Source: Candidatus Bathyarchaeia archaeon (GTDB lineage Archaea > Thermoproteota > Bathyarchaeia > Bathyarchaeales > Bathycorpusculaceae). Taken from it: 47,327 bases of DNA. Below the pieces are notes generated by a model. That model was not told the DNA's origin. It saw only the letters and a program-made list of their open reading frames with translations, and searched no databases. The stretch is from NCBI GenBank assembly GCA_050012755.1, contig JBEKGO010000018.1, forward strand, positions 1 through 47,327. Reading direction: 5' to 3'. The position numbers and the translations under genes are program-made. Of the stretch, positions 36,038 through 45,789 are shown piece by piece (the stretch's first letter is position 1; each line of letters opens with the position of its first letter).

Positions 36038-37315
36038 TTAAAGTTTCTCGCTGGCTGAAATATCCATCATCATGAAACCTGAAGCCATTTTAGGGTAAAA
36101 ATCCGTGCTTTTTTCAGGCAACAATTCATGTTGCTGCGCTATCTCCATCACAGTTTTTGAAGTTATGGGGTTAACTAGAAATGCGATACTGGCTTCGCCT
36201 CGGTCCACTTTCTCCATTGCCTCCTTTGTCCATCGAGCATAGATGAGGTTTTCATCCATGTTTAGTTGCCCCGTTTTTAAAATGTGCTTGAAAACTATGT
36301 CACGAAGTATGACGACGTCAAAAATCTTGGTCTCTTTGGAAACGTTAGCAGTAACAAAATCATAAACCTCTTTGTTATGTTTCAGCGTTAAACCGTAAGC
36401 CTTTGTGCTGCCGTACACGCAGAAAGCATGCTCATTAAAATGGGTCTTCAAAAATTGCTCCAAAACATCTATCGTTGGCTTGATTTCTGTAACATCAAAG
36501 AAGCGTTTGAACCCTTCTAAAACTTCATCAGTTAACTTAACTCCTCTTAGAAGCCTGTGCGTGGGCAAAACAACAAGCCCTTCTTCTTGAACCAGAACCA
36601 TATAACTCATGTGAAAATTAAACGCTGAATCCTCAGTCCAATTTCCCTTCTTGCGCATTTCATCTCGATAGGCCAACGCACTCTCGTATCTGTGATGACC
36701 GTCGGTTATCACCATAGTTTTGCTGCTCAAATCGGCTTGCAACTGTTTTATTTTTTGTTTGCCAGTAACCTTCCAAACCGTATGCTTAACATGGAGGGGA
36801 TCAGTGACCTTGATTATTGGTTTTGTCTTAGTTACTTCAAGCAGAAAATTGAGCGTTTTTCTTTCAACATCAGAATAAATCAGAAAAACAGGTTCCAAAT
36901 CTTTTTGCACAGCTCGCAACATGTTTAGCCGATCAACTTTTGGCGATTTATAGGTAAATTCATGTGGAAATACCATATTTTCGCTGTAATTGTAGATTCG
37001 CAAAGCTGCAATTAATCCAATGCGCTCACATTTTTTTCCGTCTAAAACGAATTCTTGGCGTGAAACGAAAACGACAGGTTCATTTTCCTTGGCTAATATG
37101 CCTTCTTTTTGCCACTCTTTAATACGTTGCTTTGCTACTTCGTACTTGTTTTCTTCCATGGGCAAAATTATTCGGCAATAATTGTAGGGTGACTTCCGAT
37201 AGTATTCTTTCTGCATTTCTTTGTCGATTTTATCGTATGGTTGACTTATGAGCTTCTGTAAATCACCGGCTTTCTGCGTATAGCGAATTGCTTTGAAAGG
37301 TCGAATGTCAACCAA
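36038..37315 (-). CDS. DUF1015 family protein
   Basis: IRPFKA.RY, PYD, PHE.T, DGHHRY, PTHR and P.KST.FYPK motifs. Confidence 0.9.
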   Translation of the reverse strand: MVDIRPFKAIRYTQKAGDLQKLISQPYDKIDKEMQKEYYRKSPYNYCRIILPMEENKYEVAKQRIKEWQKEGILAKENEPVVFVSRQEFVLDGKKCERIGLIAALRIYNYSENMVFPHEFTYKSPKVDRLNMLRAVQKDLEPVFLIYSDVERKTLNFLLEVTKTKPIIKVTDPLHVKHTVWKVTGKQKIKQLQADLSSKTMVITDGHHRYESALAYRDEMRKKGNWTEDSAFNFHMSYMVLVQEEGLVVLPTHRLLRGVKLTDEVLEGFKRFFDVTEIKPTIDVLEQFLKTHFNEHAFCVYGSTKAYGLTLKHNKEVYDFVTANVSKETKIFDVVILRDIVFKHILKTGQLNMDENLIYARWTKEAMEKVDRGEASIAFLVNPITSKTVMEIAQQHELLPEKSTDFYPKMASGFMMMDISASEKL

Positions 37316-37325
37316 AGGTTTCAGC

Positions 37326-38237
37326 TCAAGACTTTTTTTCCAGCGCTTCTATAACAGACTTAGCTATTTGTATACTTGCCCTTAGCTGGGCTTCATATGT
37401 TTGAGCGCCCATATGTGGCGTGGCTATCACGTTGCTTAACGTCAAGAGTTTGCTGTCTTTAGGAGGTTCCTCTTCGAAAACGTCTACTGCGGCGCCTTTA
37501 ACTTTTCCCGAAACCAATGCTTTATACAGCGCTTCCTGATCGACGACTCCGCCGCGGGAGCAATCAATAAGCATCACGCCATCTTTCATCAGGTTAAATT
37601 CTTTTGTCGAGATCATATGCCGAGTATGAGGCGTCAAAGGAACATGAATTGTGATAAAGTCTGCTTGGTGCAACATTTCGCCAAGGGGCACAAATCTGTC
37701 GTAGACGCATTCTTCAACAGGCAATACCTTCATGCCTAACGATATGGCTAAGCGTTCAACTGTTTTTCCAATATAGCCGCAGCCAATGACACCGAGGGTT
37801 TTGCCGTTTACTTCTGTACCAATTAGTTTTTCTTTTTCCCACTTACCCTCACGCAAACTGGTGGTACCCTGTACAATGCCTCTTGCAAGCGCAAGCAAGT
37901 GACCTATTGCTAATTCGGCCACACTCATGTAAGAAACATGCGGAGTGTTTACAATTGCGATTCCAAGTGAATTCGCTTTTTCATAGTCAACGTTGTCTAA
38001 GCCTTCTCCTGCGCGTCCGATTACTTTGAGTTTCTTTGCATTATCTAATAATTCGCCTTTGACTTTCGTTGCTGACCTAACAATTAACGCATCATAGTCA
38101 CCGATTATTTTTGGAAGTTCATTTTTCGGCCTATCCCATGCACGGGTTACCTTATAACCTCTCTTTTCAAGAAGCTTTATCCCCTCTTCGAATATCTTGT
38201 CACTTATCAGGATGTTGAAGGTCACTTTAATCCCCAA
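37326..38237 (-). CDS. serA: D-3-phosphoglycerate dehydrogenase-like D-2-hydroxyacid dehydrogenase (short, no ACT domain)
   Basis: VRSATKV, GRAGEGLDN, GCGYIG, SRGG, DVFEEEPP and TPHMGA motifs. Confidence 0.85.
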   Translation of the reverse strand: MGIKVTFNILISDKIFEEGIKLLEKRGYKVTRAWDRPKNELPKIIGDYDALIVRSATKVKGELLDNAKKLKVIGRAGEGLDNVDYEKANSLGIAIVNTPHVSYMSVAELAIGHLLALARGIVQGTTSLREGKWEKEKLIGTEVNGKTLGVIGCGYIGKTVERLAISLGMKVLPVEECVYDRFVPLGEMLHQADFITIHVPLTPHTRHMISTKEFNLMKDGVMLIDCSRGGVVDQEALYKALVSGKVKGAAVDVFEEEPPKDSKLLTLSNVIATPHMGAQTYEAQLRASIQIAKSVIEALEKKS

Positions 38238-39298
38238 ATCGAATCAATTAAGCCGATAGCTTCCTTGATTCCAGATAAGTTCCATTCGCCCATGTGCCCG
38301 ATGCGGAAGGTTTTATCAGCCAGTTTGCCGTATCCGTTGGATATCATGTAGCCTTTCTCGCCAAGTTTCTGGTTGAGTTCTTTAAAATTTTTGTCTAACG
38401 TGTTTTTTATACAGCTTACCGTTATGGATTCGTAGCCTGGTTCAGGGAACATCTCAAAATGTTTCTTAGCCCACTGTTGAGTGTATTTTGCCATTTCTAA
38501 GTGGCGTTGATAAACATGGTTGTAGGTTTCCTCAAGCAATAGGTCCATGCGTTTATTCAAGGCATAAAATAATGGTATGCATGGAGTGAAGGGAGTTTGG
38601 TTTTTCTTCTCAAACTCGAAGATTTCAACCAAGTCCGTGTAGGTACCTCTGTTTGGCACCTCTTTGGCTCTCTCTATTGCGCGGTTGTTAACCAATGCGA
38701 TGACTAATCCGGGTGGTAGAGCGAAGCATTTTTGGCTTGAAGCAAAAATAATGTCGCAGCCAATTTCACTTGGCAATGTTTTGTCCCCGGCCATAGAGGA
38801 AACAGCGTCAATCGCGTAAATCACATTTGGATACTTCTTACGTATCATTTGACCAATTTCTCTGATTGGATTTCTTACACCTGTGGAGGATTCATTGTGG
38901 CATACTGTCAATGTGTCATATTCGCCGCTGTCAAGTTTTTCAGCTATCATTTCGGGTTTGACAGCTTTGCCCCATTCAACCTCCAAGAAATCGGTGGTTT
39001 TGCCGCTTGCACGCAGGGTTTCAGCGCATCGTTTAGCAAAAGCGCCATTGACGCATGCCAGCGCTTTTTGTTTAACTATGCTTCTTCCTGTGATGTCAAA
39101 CCACAGTGTGCCCGATGAAGTCGTCACCGTCGGCTTGATGTTTTCAGGTAATTCAAAGTATTTGGTTAGTTTGGATAGAATTCCAGCGTAAAGGTCTGAG
39201 AATTCTTTGTCTCTGTGACTAATAAGCGGACGAGTTTGCTCGTTAAGTATTTCTTGGCTGACTTCCGTTGGGCCGGGAATTAAGAGTTTTTTGTGCAT
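38222..39298 (-). CDS. Class V aminotransferase (serine-pyruvate / phosphoserine aminotransferase-like)
   Basis: IPGPT, HNESSTG, DAVSS, SQKCFALPPG and FRIGHMG motifs. Confidence 0.9.
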   Translation of the reverse strand: MHKKLLIPGPTEVSQEILNEQTRPLISHRDKEFSDLYAGILSKLTKYFELPENIKPTVTTSSGTLWFDITGRSIVKQKALACVNGAFAKRCAETLRASGKTTDFLEVEWGKAVKPEMIAEKLDSGEYDTLTVCHNESSTGVRNPIREIGQMIRKKYPNVIYAIDAVSSMAGDKTLPSEIGCDIIFASSQKCFALPPGLVIALVNNRAIERAKEVPNRGTYTDLVEIFEFEKKNQTPFTPCIPLFYALNKRMDLLLEETYNHVYQRHLEMAKYTQQWAKKHFEMFPEPGYESITVSCIKNTLDKNFKELNQKLGEKGYMISNGYGKLADKTFRIGHMGEWNLSGIKEAIGLIDSIWGLK

Positions 39299-39584
39299 GC
39301 CTAAATCCTTCCAGCAAGAAGTTTGATATTAAAAATATAAGGGTTATGTGGAGCGAATAGCGCCTTTGGCTTCAATAGTTTCTGTTCCTTCAAAACTGGT
39401 CACCTGAATGGTCGAGTGATAACTTGATATTTTAAAATAAGAATTTTATGTTGGATAATAAAGTCATCTTGAAACTTTAGAATCTTGGTAGCGTATTTTT
39501 TCATCGGAATATATCGAGAAACGAAACTTGATTCATAAGCAATCATTGTGAATCTCTACTTCAGAGAGAAAGGAGAAGGCGATT

Positions 39585-39929
39585 ATGTTAAGATCACAGG
39601 TAATTCCGAGTATACTTCTAATCATAATGGGCACCATAGACTGCATAACAACAGTCATAGGGATTCTTTGCCATGGAGCCACCGAGTTAAACCCACTAAT
39701 GGCAGGTATTGTTAGCACAAACATTGGAGCCTTTTTAGTTGTTAAGCTTGTAGCAACAATGATTGCGGCAACATCATTTGTTGTTGCAAACAAAACGTTA
39801 ATGAATACACAAAATAAGGGAACTAAAACTTTCATCTACTCCTCAAAATTAATAAAAATCGCCAGCGCCGGTCTTATAGTCTTTTTAGCAATTGTTGTAG
39901 CAAATAACCTGTTAGTTTTGTTTGGGTAA
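39585..39929 (+). CDS. Small membrane protein (DUF5658-like)
   Basis: D.ITT.IG...GA.ELNPLM...VVANN pattern. Confidence 0.7.
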   Translation: MLRSQVIPSILLIIMGTIDCITTVIGILCHGATELNPLMAGIVSTNIGAFLVVKLVATMIAATSFVVANKTLMNTQNKGTKTFIYSSKLIKIASAGLIVFLAIVVANNLLVLFG

Positions 39930-40096
39930 ACAAAAAATCGGTTCAGAAAAAGTTGGAAATGAGTGAAGCACTTACTGGTAAAACACAAATCAAATATGCA
40001 AGTGCCAATAAATGTAAAATATAACTCCACACAAAAGTAACGGTTAAGAAACGCTTAACTGTTAAAGCCTAGATAATAAGGGGTTGAGAGAGGAAA

Positions 40097-40624
40097 ATGC
40101 CGTTTAATCTATTCCGCAAAAAGAAACAACCAGAACAGGAAAAACCAGCCATGCCTCCTCAAGAAACACCCAAACAGGAAGAGTCTGTACAGCCTAAAGA
40201 AGAGATCAAACAAGAACCAGCGGTACCTTCTCAAGAGCCTGCACAAGAAACCTCGGTACCAACAGTGGAAGAACCAACTCAAACAGTTGCACTGCCTCAG
40301 GAGCAAAAACAGGAAGCCGCTGAGCCTCCAAGCAAAACCTACCTCAAAGCCATGCCTCTCCGCGAATTGTCTGACCTCGAAAACATAAAAAATGAGGTCA
40401 AAAACGGAAATATCATAATTTTACGTGTTACACCTCTTGCTGCAAAAAGCATTGACGATGTAAAAAACGCCGTTAACGAGTTATATCAATTCTCTGAATC
40501 TGTAGGCGGCGACATCGCCAGGTTAGGTGAAGAACGAGTTGTTATCTGCCCAAAAACAATAAGAATTTGGCGTGAAAAATCGCCGACGAAAGTTTCGAAT
40601 GAACCTTTACCTACAGCAGCCTAA
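40097..40624 (+). CDS. sepF: Cell division protein SepF with long P/E/Q-rich linker
   Basis: N-terminal amphipathic MPFNLFRKKK; C-terminal EVKNGNIIIL...GGDIARLGEERVVICP. Confidence 0.88.
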   Translation: MPFNLFRKKKQPEQEKPAMPPQETPKQEESVQPKEEIKQEPAVPSQEPAQETSVPTVEEPTQTVALPQEQKQEAAEPPSKTYLKAMPLRELSDLENIKNEVKNGNIIILRVTPLAAKSIDDVKNAVNELYQFSESVGGDIARLGEERVVICPKTIRIWREKSPTKVSNEPLPTAA

Positions 40625-42536
40625 AAGTTTCCAGTATTGCTGGAACAACCGTATTTATGCCAGCTTTGCTATCCATAAAGTTAGCAAATGCGATAGTTTT
40701 CTGTTTTTCTCCGTGAACAACAAAGATGCGTTCTGGCTTGGGTGTTAAATGAGTTAAGTAATTAACCAGTTGCCGCCTGTCTGAGTGGCCTGAAAAGCCT
40801 TCAATTGACACATTTTGCATTTTTACCTGCAGCGCCGCCATTTTGCCTTCGTTATCCATCATGGTTACTTCGCCTACGCCTTTCTGTACTCGTCTACCCA
40901 TGGTGCCTTCGATTTGGTAGCTGACAAAAATTATTGTGTTTCGCTCGTCGTTAGCCCAGTTCTTGAAGTACTCTATTACTGGTCCGCCTTCAAGCATGCC
41001 CGACGTCGCCAAGACAATGCACGGTTCTCCTTCGATGATGCTTTGTCGCACGCTTGGATGCTCTACGATTGTGAAGTAGTCGCTTTGGAATGGGTTGATG
41101 CCTTCGTGTAGGATGCTGTGGCGCACTTCTCTTCCTAGGTATTCTGGGTAGGCTGTGTGGATAGCTGTTGCTTCGCTAATCATGCCTTCAATGAAAACGG
41201 GTGCTTCTTTCATTAAACCGCGTTTCATGTATCCGTCGATGATGAGCATGATTTCTTGTGCTCTGCCGACGGCTGGGACTGGAATTAGAACTTTACCTTT
41301 CCTTTCCAATGTCTGGTTGATTGTGCGGGTCATTGCTTCTTCCGCTTCAATACGTGAAGGCATAATATCATCTGTGCCACCATAAGTACTCTCAGTAATC
41401 ACCGTTTCAATTCGTGGAAACTCCGTGGCCGCAGCCTCCAGCAACATAGTCCTAGCAAACTTGTAGTCGCTGGTGTAAACAATGTTGTGCAAGCCCTCGC
41501 CTATGTGTAAATGAACCATGGCACCGCCCAAAATGTGCCCAGAATTATGCAAAGTTAAACGAATATCAGGCGCAATATCAGTAACAACTCCATATCTGAG
41601 CGGAATCGTGTGTAAAACGCATTCACGCACGTCCTTTTGGTCATAGTAAGGCGTGACACCTTGTTTTCCAGCGACATCCAAATAGTCCAACTGCAGCATA
41701 GTCATCAAATTTGAGGTTGGGGCAGTACAGTACACTGGGCCATCATAGCCGTATTTGTAGAGAAATGGTGTTAAACCGCAGTGGTCAAGGTGGGCGTGGC
41801 TGATAACAACAGCATCCAATGAATCGATCTGGAATTCTGGACAGTCAAACCTTGGAAAACTTTCAAAAGGTCTATTTGAACCAGGATTAATACCACAGTC
41901 AAGCAGCACACTGCTCTCTCTTGTCTTAATTAGAAATGCTGAACGACCTACTTCTTGTGCTCCACCGAGAACGGTCATTCGAATGTCTCCAACATCATAG
42001 GTTTTTGGTCTAAAGATGCGCTCGCCTACGGTGCGAAGAATTCTCTCACGCTCTTTGCTTTCAGAGTGCAAGTAATGCCGCATGTGAGTAACAATCTTTG
42101 ATTTGATAGGTGGGCTACGCAAAACATGTGGGCGCCACTTGGTATTCTTTATGATATCCTGTAAAACAGCGCCGTTTCTTCCAATAACCAAACCTGGCTT
42201 CTTGGTTTCAATAATTATTTCGCCAAGACTTGGATCAAAATTAATATCTGTAATTTCAGCTTCAGCTGGGATAAGTTCTCTTGCGATTTTCTCAGCTTCA
42301 ACTTCAGGCAACCTAACCGATGGGTCGGGACGAATAACAATTCTTTTTCGGATAACACCGACAATTTCCGCGACTATCCCGCTTTGTTCAGCCAAAACCT
42401 CGGGTTTCTTAGTGTAAACCGCAAGCATAGGTCCTTCATATTCAATTCTGGTAACCTCTGCTTCTCTTGGAACTTTTTGCAAAATAAATTGACTAATTTC
42501 TATCTTATCTTTTTCTTTCTCTTGAGTTCGAGCCAC
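40611..42536 (-). CDS. fttA: Beta-CASP ribonuclease aCPSF1 / transcription termination factor FttA
   Basis: Two KH domains, HAHLDH, ESTYGG, SGMLEGG and FSGHSDR; adjacent to psmB. Confidence 0.96.
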   Translation of the reverse strand: MARTQEKEKDKIEISQFILQKVPREAEVTRIEYEGPMLAVYTKKPEVLAEQSGIVAEIVGVIRKRIVIRPDPSVRLPEVEAEKIARELIPAEAEITDINFDPSLGEIIIETKKPGLVIGRNGAVLQDIIKNTKWRPHVLRSPPIKSKIVTHMRHYLHSESKERERILRTVGERIFRPKTYDVGDIRMTVLGGAQEVGRSAFLIKTRESSVLLDCGINPGSNRPFESFPRFDCPEFQIDSLDAVVISHAHLDHCGLTPFLYKYGYDGPVYCTAPTSNLMTMLQLDYLDVAGKQGVTPYYDQKDVRECVLHTIPLRYGVVTDIAPDIRLTLHNSGHILGGAMVHLHIGEGLHNIVYTSDYKFARTMLLEAAATEFPRIETVITESTYGGTDDIMPSRIEAEEAMTRTINQTLERKGKVLIPVPAVGRAQEIMLIIDGYMKRGLMKEAPVFIEGMISEATAIHTAYPEYLGREVRHSILHEGINPFQSDYFTIVEHPSVRQSIIEGEPCIVLATSGMLEGGPVIEYFKNWANDERNTIIFVSYQIEGTMGRRVQKGVGEVTMMDNEGKMAALQVKMQNVSIEGFSGHSDRRQLVNYLTHLTPKPERIFVVHGEKQKTIAFANFMDSKAGINTVVPAILETFRLL

Positions 42537-42541
42537 AGTAA

Positions 42542-43186
42542 TTAACTTCCTGCTTTGAGAAGTTTGCCTTTCTCCTCGCCAGACAATTCGCGATAACCAT
42601 TGCTGTCGATAACAATGATATTGTAGTTGTTGCCACTAGCAGCGTCCCGTTTCATAGCTGCGTTAACTGCTTTAGCCATGGTTGGAAGCAACTCTGCAAT
42701 CGTCATACCTTCACGGTACTTGTCTTCAAGAATACCATAAGCGATTGGTGAACCGGAGCCTGTTGAAACCGACTTTTCCTCAGTCAAGCTGCCATAGGGA
42801 TCTAAATTGAAAACGTGTGGTCCAGTGTCATCTACGCCGCCGACAAGCACCTGTGTTGCAAGGGGTATGTAGCGTGCAGAAAACAGCAAATTAGCAACAA
42901 GCCTTGCTGCTGAACTAATAGGCATTGGACGATTCAAGTTGATTTTGTAGAGTGCGGCGTTAGCTGTTAGAATATCTACGACTCTTTGAGCATCTGCGAC
43001 TGTACCCGCAATTGTCATGCCGATGTGATCGTCGATTTTGTATACTTTTTTGCCGGCTTTATGAGCAACATAGAAGCCCATGGTTACTCGCGTGTCAGAA
43101 GCCAAAATTACGCCATCTTTACAGACGACGCCTATTGTAGTTGTTCCTTTAAGGACTAGTTGACTAGCTGAATTATTTTGTGACAT
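42542..43186 (-). CDS. psmB: Proteasome beta subunit (start reassigned to MSQNN)
   Basis: Propeptide ..LKG|TTT with catalytic Thr, STGSGS and RDAASG. Confidence 0.96.
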   Translation of the reverse strand: MSQNNSASQLVLKGTTTIGVVCKDGVILASDTRVTMGFYVAHKAGKKVYKIDDHIGMTIAGTVADAQRVVDILTANAALYKINLNRPMPISSAARLVANLLFSARYIPLATQVLVGGVDDTGPHVFNLDPYGSLTEEKSVSTGSGSPIAYGILEDKYREGMTIAELLPTMAKAVNAAMKRDAASGNNYNIIVIDSNGYRELSGEEKGKLLKAGS

Positions 43187-43890
43187 AGTTTGATGCTCCC
43201 TAAAACTTCGTTTCGCGGAATGCCATCCACTAGGAAGTAGCAACATGTAATCTTTCCGAGAGATTTATTAATATTTCGCCCCTTGGTTCTGGTAACTTGT
43301 CTTTAGATTCGGGTTCATGTTAAATCCCGTGGGGTAAGCTACTGCCACATTTTAAGGTGCTAACAATCGTGGGATACCGATTGAGGGAAGGAACAAGTGG
43401 AAAACCCTGATACAAAATGTCTGGAAAGTTATAAATTATAATTTAGAGCAACCCAAATTCTAAAAGGTTATTCTGCGCTTAAAACATGATTAATCAACAA
43501 GACGCATCAAGTTGCATCTTTAAACCACGTACCAATTGCTGTGGTCTCATTTTCTTAGAATGTTTCTCGTAAATGTCCCAATCGCTACACAGCTTTTCTA
43601 AAGTTAGAAAATCATCTTTGCCAGACTCAAGTTGTATTTGCATTTTTTCAACAGCTCTTTCTTAATCAAGTATTGTGTAGGATTATATAAGATGCTTATT
43701 TCAGCGTAAACAATATTACGATTTTTGGAATAATACGAAATTGAAAAATAAACTTACCACGACAGTTGACAGAGAACTACCCAAAAGCAAATCCCATGAA
43801 GAGTTAACAAGACCCGCCCATTACTCCTTTTTATGCAAAACTGTAACTGTTTTTCCTAAAGGTTTTTAGGCAACTCTGAAGTTTCACAGT

Positions 43891-43962
43891 GCAATTGGCG
43901 GGTGAGTGTGGTCTCCTACCCGTTCCGCCAACGTAAAATAAAACCCGGGATAGGGAGGCAAA
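43891..43962 (+). promoter_or_regulatory. Candidate riboswitch-like pseudoknot leader of queT-queC
   Basis: P1 at 43895-43901/43925-43931; loop 43911-43922 complementary to 43946-43959, which includes the SD; A-rich linker; TATA-like TTTTTA at 43863. Confidence 0.55.
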
Positions 43963-44460
43963 TTGAACTTGAAGTTAAAAACTAAAGATTTAGCTTTAAT
44001 AGCCATCTATGCCGCACTCTACGCAGCTCTTGTTGTTGTTCTCGGAGGCATCTCTTATGGACCCATTCAAGTACGCATTGCAGACTCAATGGTTGCCGCA
44101 GTTCCACTACTAGGTATACCTGGAGTTTTGGGTCACACGCTTGGAGTATTCATCGGCAATATATTCTCTCCAGACGGCATACTCGACCTACTAAACACAA
44201 TTCCCTCATTTGTCATGTCATTTGTAGTCTACTATGTTTACAAACGAACAAAGAATGACTATACAGTAATCGGAACCAGTGTAGCTTACTCTGCTGTTTT
44301 AGGCACGACGGTTGGATGGATGTTATCTTACCTGTACCATTTGCCGTTACTTCTAACTATACTATATGTAGCCGTTGGAAATGTCATTGCGACTGTGCTC
44401 ATTGGATGGCCAATATTTAAGTTACTAAAAAGAACGGGCTTGTTCCAAAATGATGTTTAA
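43963..44460 (+). CDS. queT: QueT family (COG4708) 7-deazaguanine precursor transporter
   Basis: AALYAAL...ISYGPIQVRIAD...GHTLGVFIGN; directly upstream of queC. Confidence 0.88.
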   Translation: MNLKLKTKDLALIAIYAALYAALVVVLGGISYGPIQVRIADSMVAAVPLLGIPGVLGHTLGVFIGNIFSPDGILDLLNTIPSFVMSFVVYYVYKRTKNDYTVIGTSVAYSAVLGTTVGWMLSYLYHLPLLLTILYVAVGNVIATVLIGWPIFKLLKRTGLFQNDV

Positions 44461-44502
44461 ATTCGAGACAAACAAAATTCAGCCTAAATCAGTGATTGAA
44501 AC

Positions 44503-45165
44503 ATGACTCAAAAACAAAAACCTAAATGCGTGGTTGTTCTCAGCGGAGGACCCGATTCAGCGGTTGTGGCATACTGGGCAAATAAAGAAGGCTATGAGCT
44601 GTACCCTATAACTTTCAATTATGGTCAAATCGCTGTAAAAGAAACAGCGGCAGCACAAAAAATCGCAGAAAGCCTTGGCGCAAAAACAAAAATCGTTAAC
44701 CTCTCAGCCTTGAAAGAAGTCTTCGGTGATGTGACCTCGCTTTGCAACAACAACATCCCCCTAACCTCTGAGTTTAGCCAACCGATAATCGTGCCTTTCA
44801 GAAATGCAATTTTCCTCTCAGTGGCAGTTTCTTATGCAGTTTCGGTCGGCGCTGACAAGATTTTTTATGGCGCACATGGCTCAGACGAACCCTTCTATCC
44901 AGACTGCAGACGTGAATTCTACGAGGCATTCGAGAAGGCAGCAAAGCTGGGCACGGGAGAGCATATCAGCATCCAAGTGCCGTTTAGCAGCAAACGCAAA
45001 TCCGAAGTGATCAAGAAAGGAGCAGAACTCGGCGTCCCCTTCAAGCTTACGTGGTCCTGCTATCGCGACGCGGAGAAGCACTGCGGGAAATGTGAATCCT
45101 GTGTAAACCGCAAAAAAGCCTTCAAAGAAGCAGGCATACCTGACAAAACAAAGTACGAATCATAA
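44503..45165 (+). CDS. queC: 7-cyano-7-deazaguanine (preQ0) synthase
   Basis: SGGPDS, NYGQ, VPFRNAIFL, YPDCR and TWSCY...CGKCESC..R motifs. Confidence 0.96.
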   Translation: MTQKQKPKCVVVLSGGPDSAVVAYWANKEGYELYPITFNYGQIAVKETAAAQKIAESLGAKTKIVNLSALKEVFGDVTSLCNNNIPLTSEFSQPIIVPFRNAIFLSVAVSYAVSVGADKIFYGAHGSDEPFYPDCRREFYEAFEKAAKLGTGEHISIQVPFSSKRKSEVIKKGAELGVPFKLTWSCYRDAEKHCGKCESCVNRKKAFKEAGIPDKTKYES

Positions 45166-45398
45166 TTCTGATAAGAAAATGGAAACTGAATCACCGACAT
45201 CAGTAACAACCTTCAAAACGCCGAAAATCAAAAACAAATCTTTGTACTCTCGAACGTCTTACAACCTGTACAATTCTCATAAATAATTTTTTGACAAGAT
45301 AGAAGAATTAGGATAGGGTGCTAGTTCCGATTTCGCTTCTTCTTTCAGAAGAGTTCTCCGTTCAGCGATAGTGTAAATACGGAAAAGACGAGTGACCC

Positions 45399-45606
45399 CC
45401 CCGGTACATGAAACTATGTTGACATATGTTGAAACCTTATGATTTGTACATGAGAAAAATCAAAAATTCATTGAATTTAGTTGCACGGTGCATAGCGAAT
45501 AGGCAGCGTGGAGAATCTAAGAGTTTGAGAGAGCAATTTCAGGCCGCGAAATGGAACTGTTTCAGGAGATCCCCGGATCATGAAACCATGTTCACCTATG
45601 TTCAAA
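45399..45606. repeat. Pair of 36-bp imperfect direct repeats (45399-45434 and 45571-45606)
   Basis: 30/36 identical; each contains YATGTT twice at 10-bp spacing. Confidence 0.75.
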
Positions 45607-45789
45607 AACAGTCGCACGAAAACCATGAAAGGTATCACTCTAAGCGTACTAGCCTAGGCTCATTTTTCTCCAGTTAATTGGGTTATCAACCAAAGTTCTG
45701 CATCGTGTCCGTTCCAGAAAAACTTTCAGCGAAGTCACCGACTAAGAAACTATTGGCAAATCCTTAGTCCCACAAAAAGTCGAAGAACC

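Noticed and set aside
45426-45677. 83-aa ORF between queC and dinB
   Set aside because: Runs through the 36-bp repeats, with no SD or recognisable motif.
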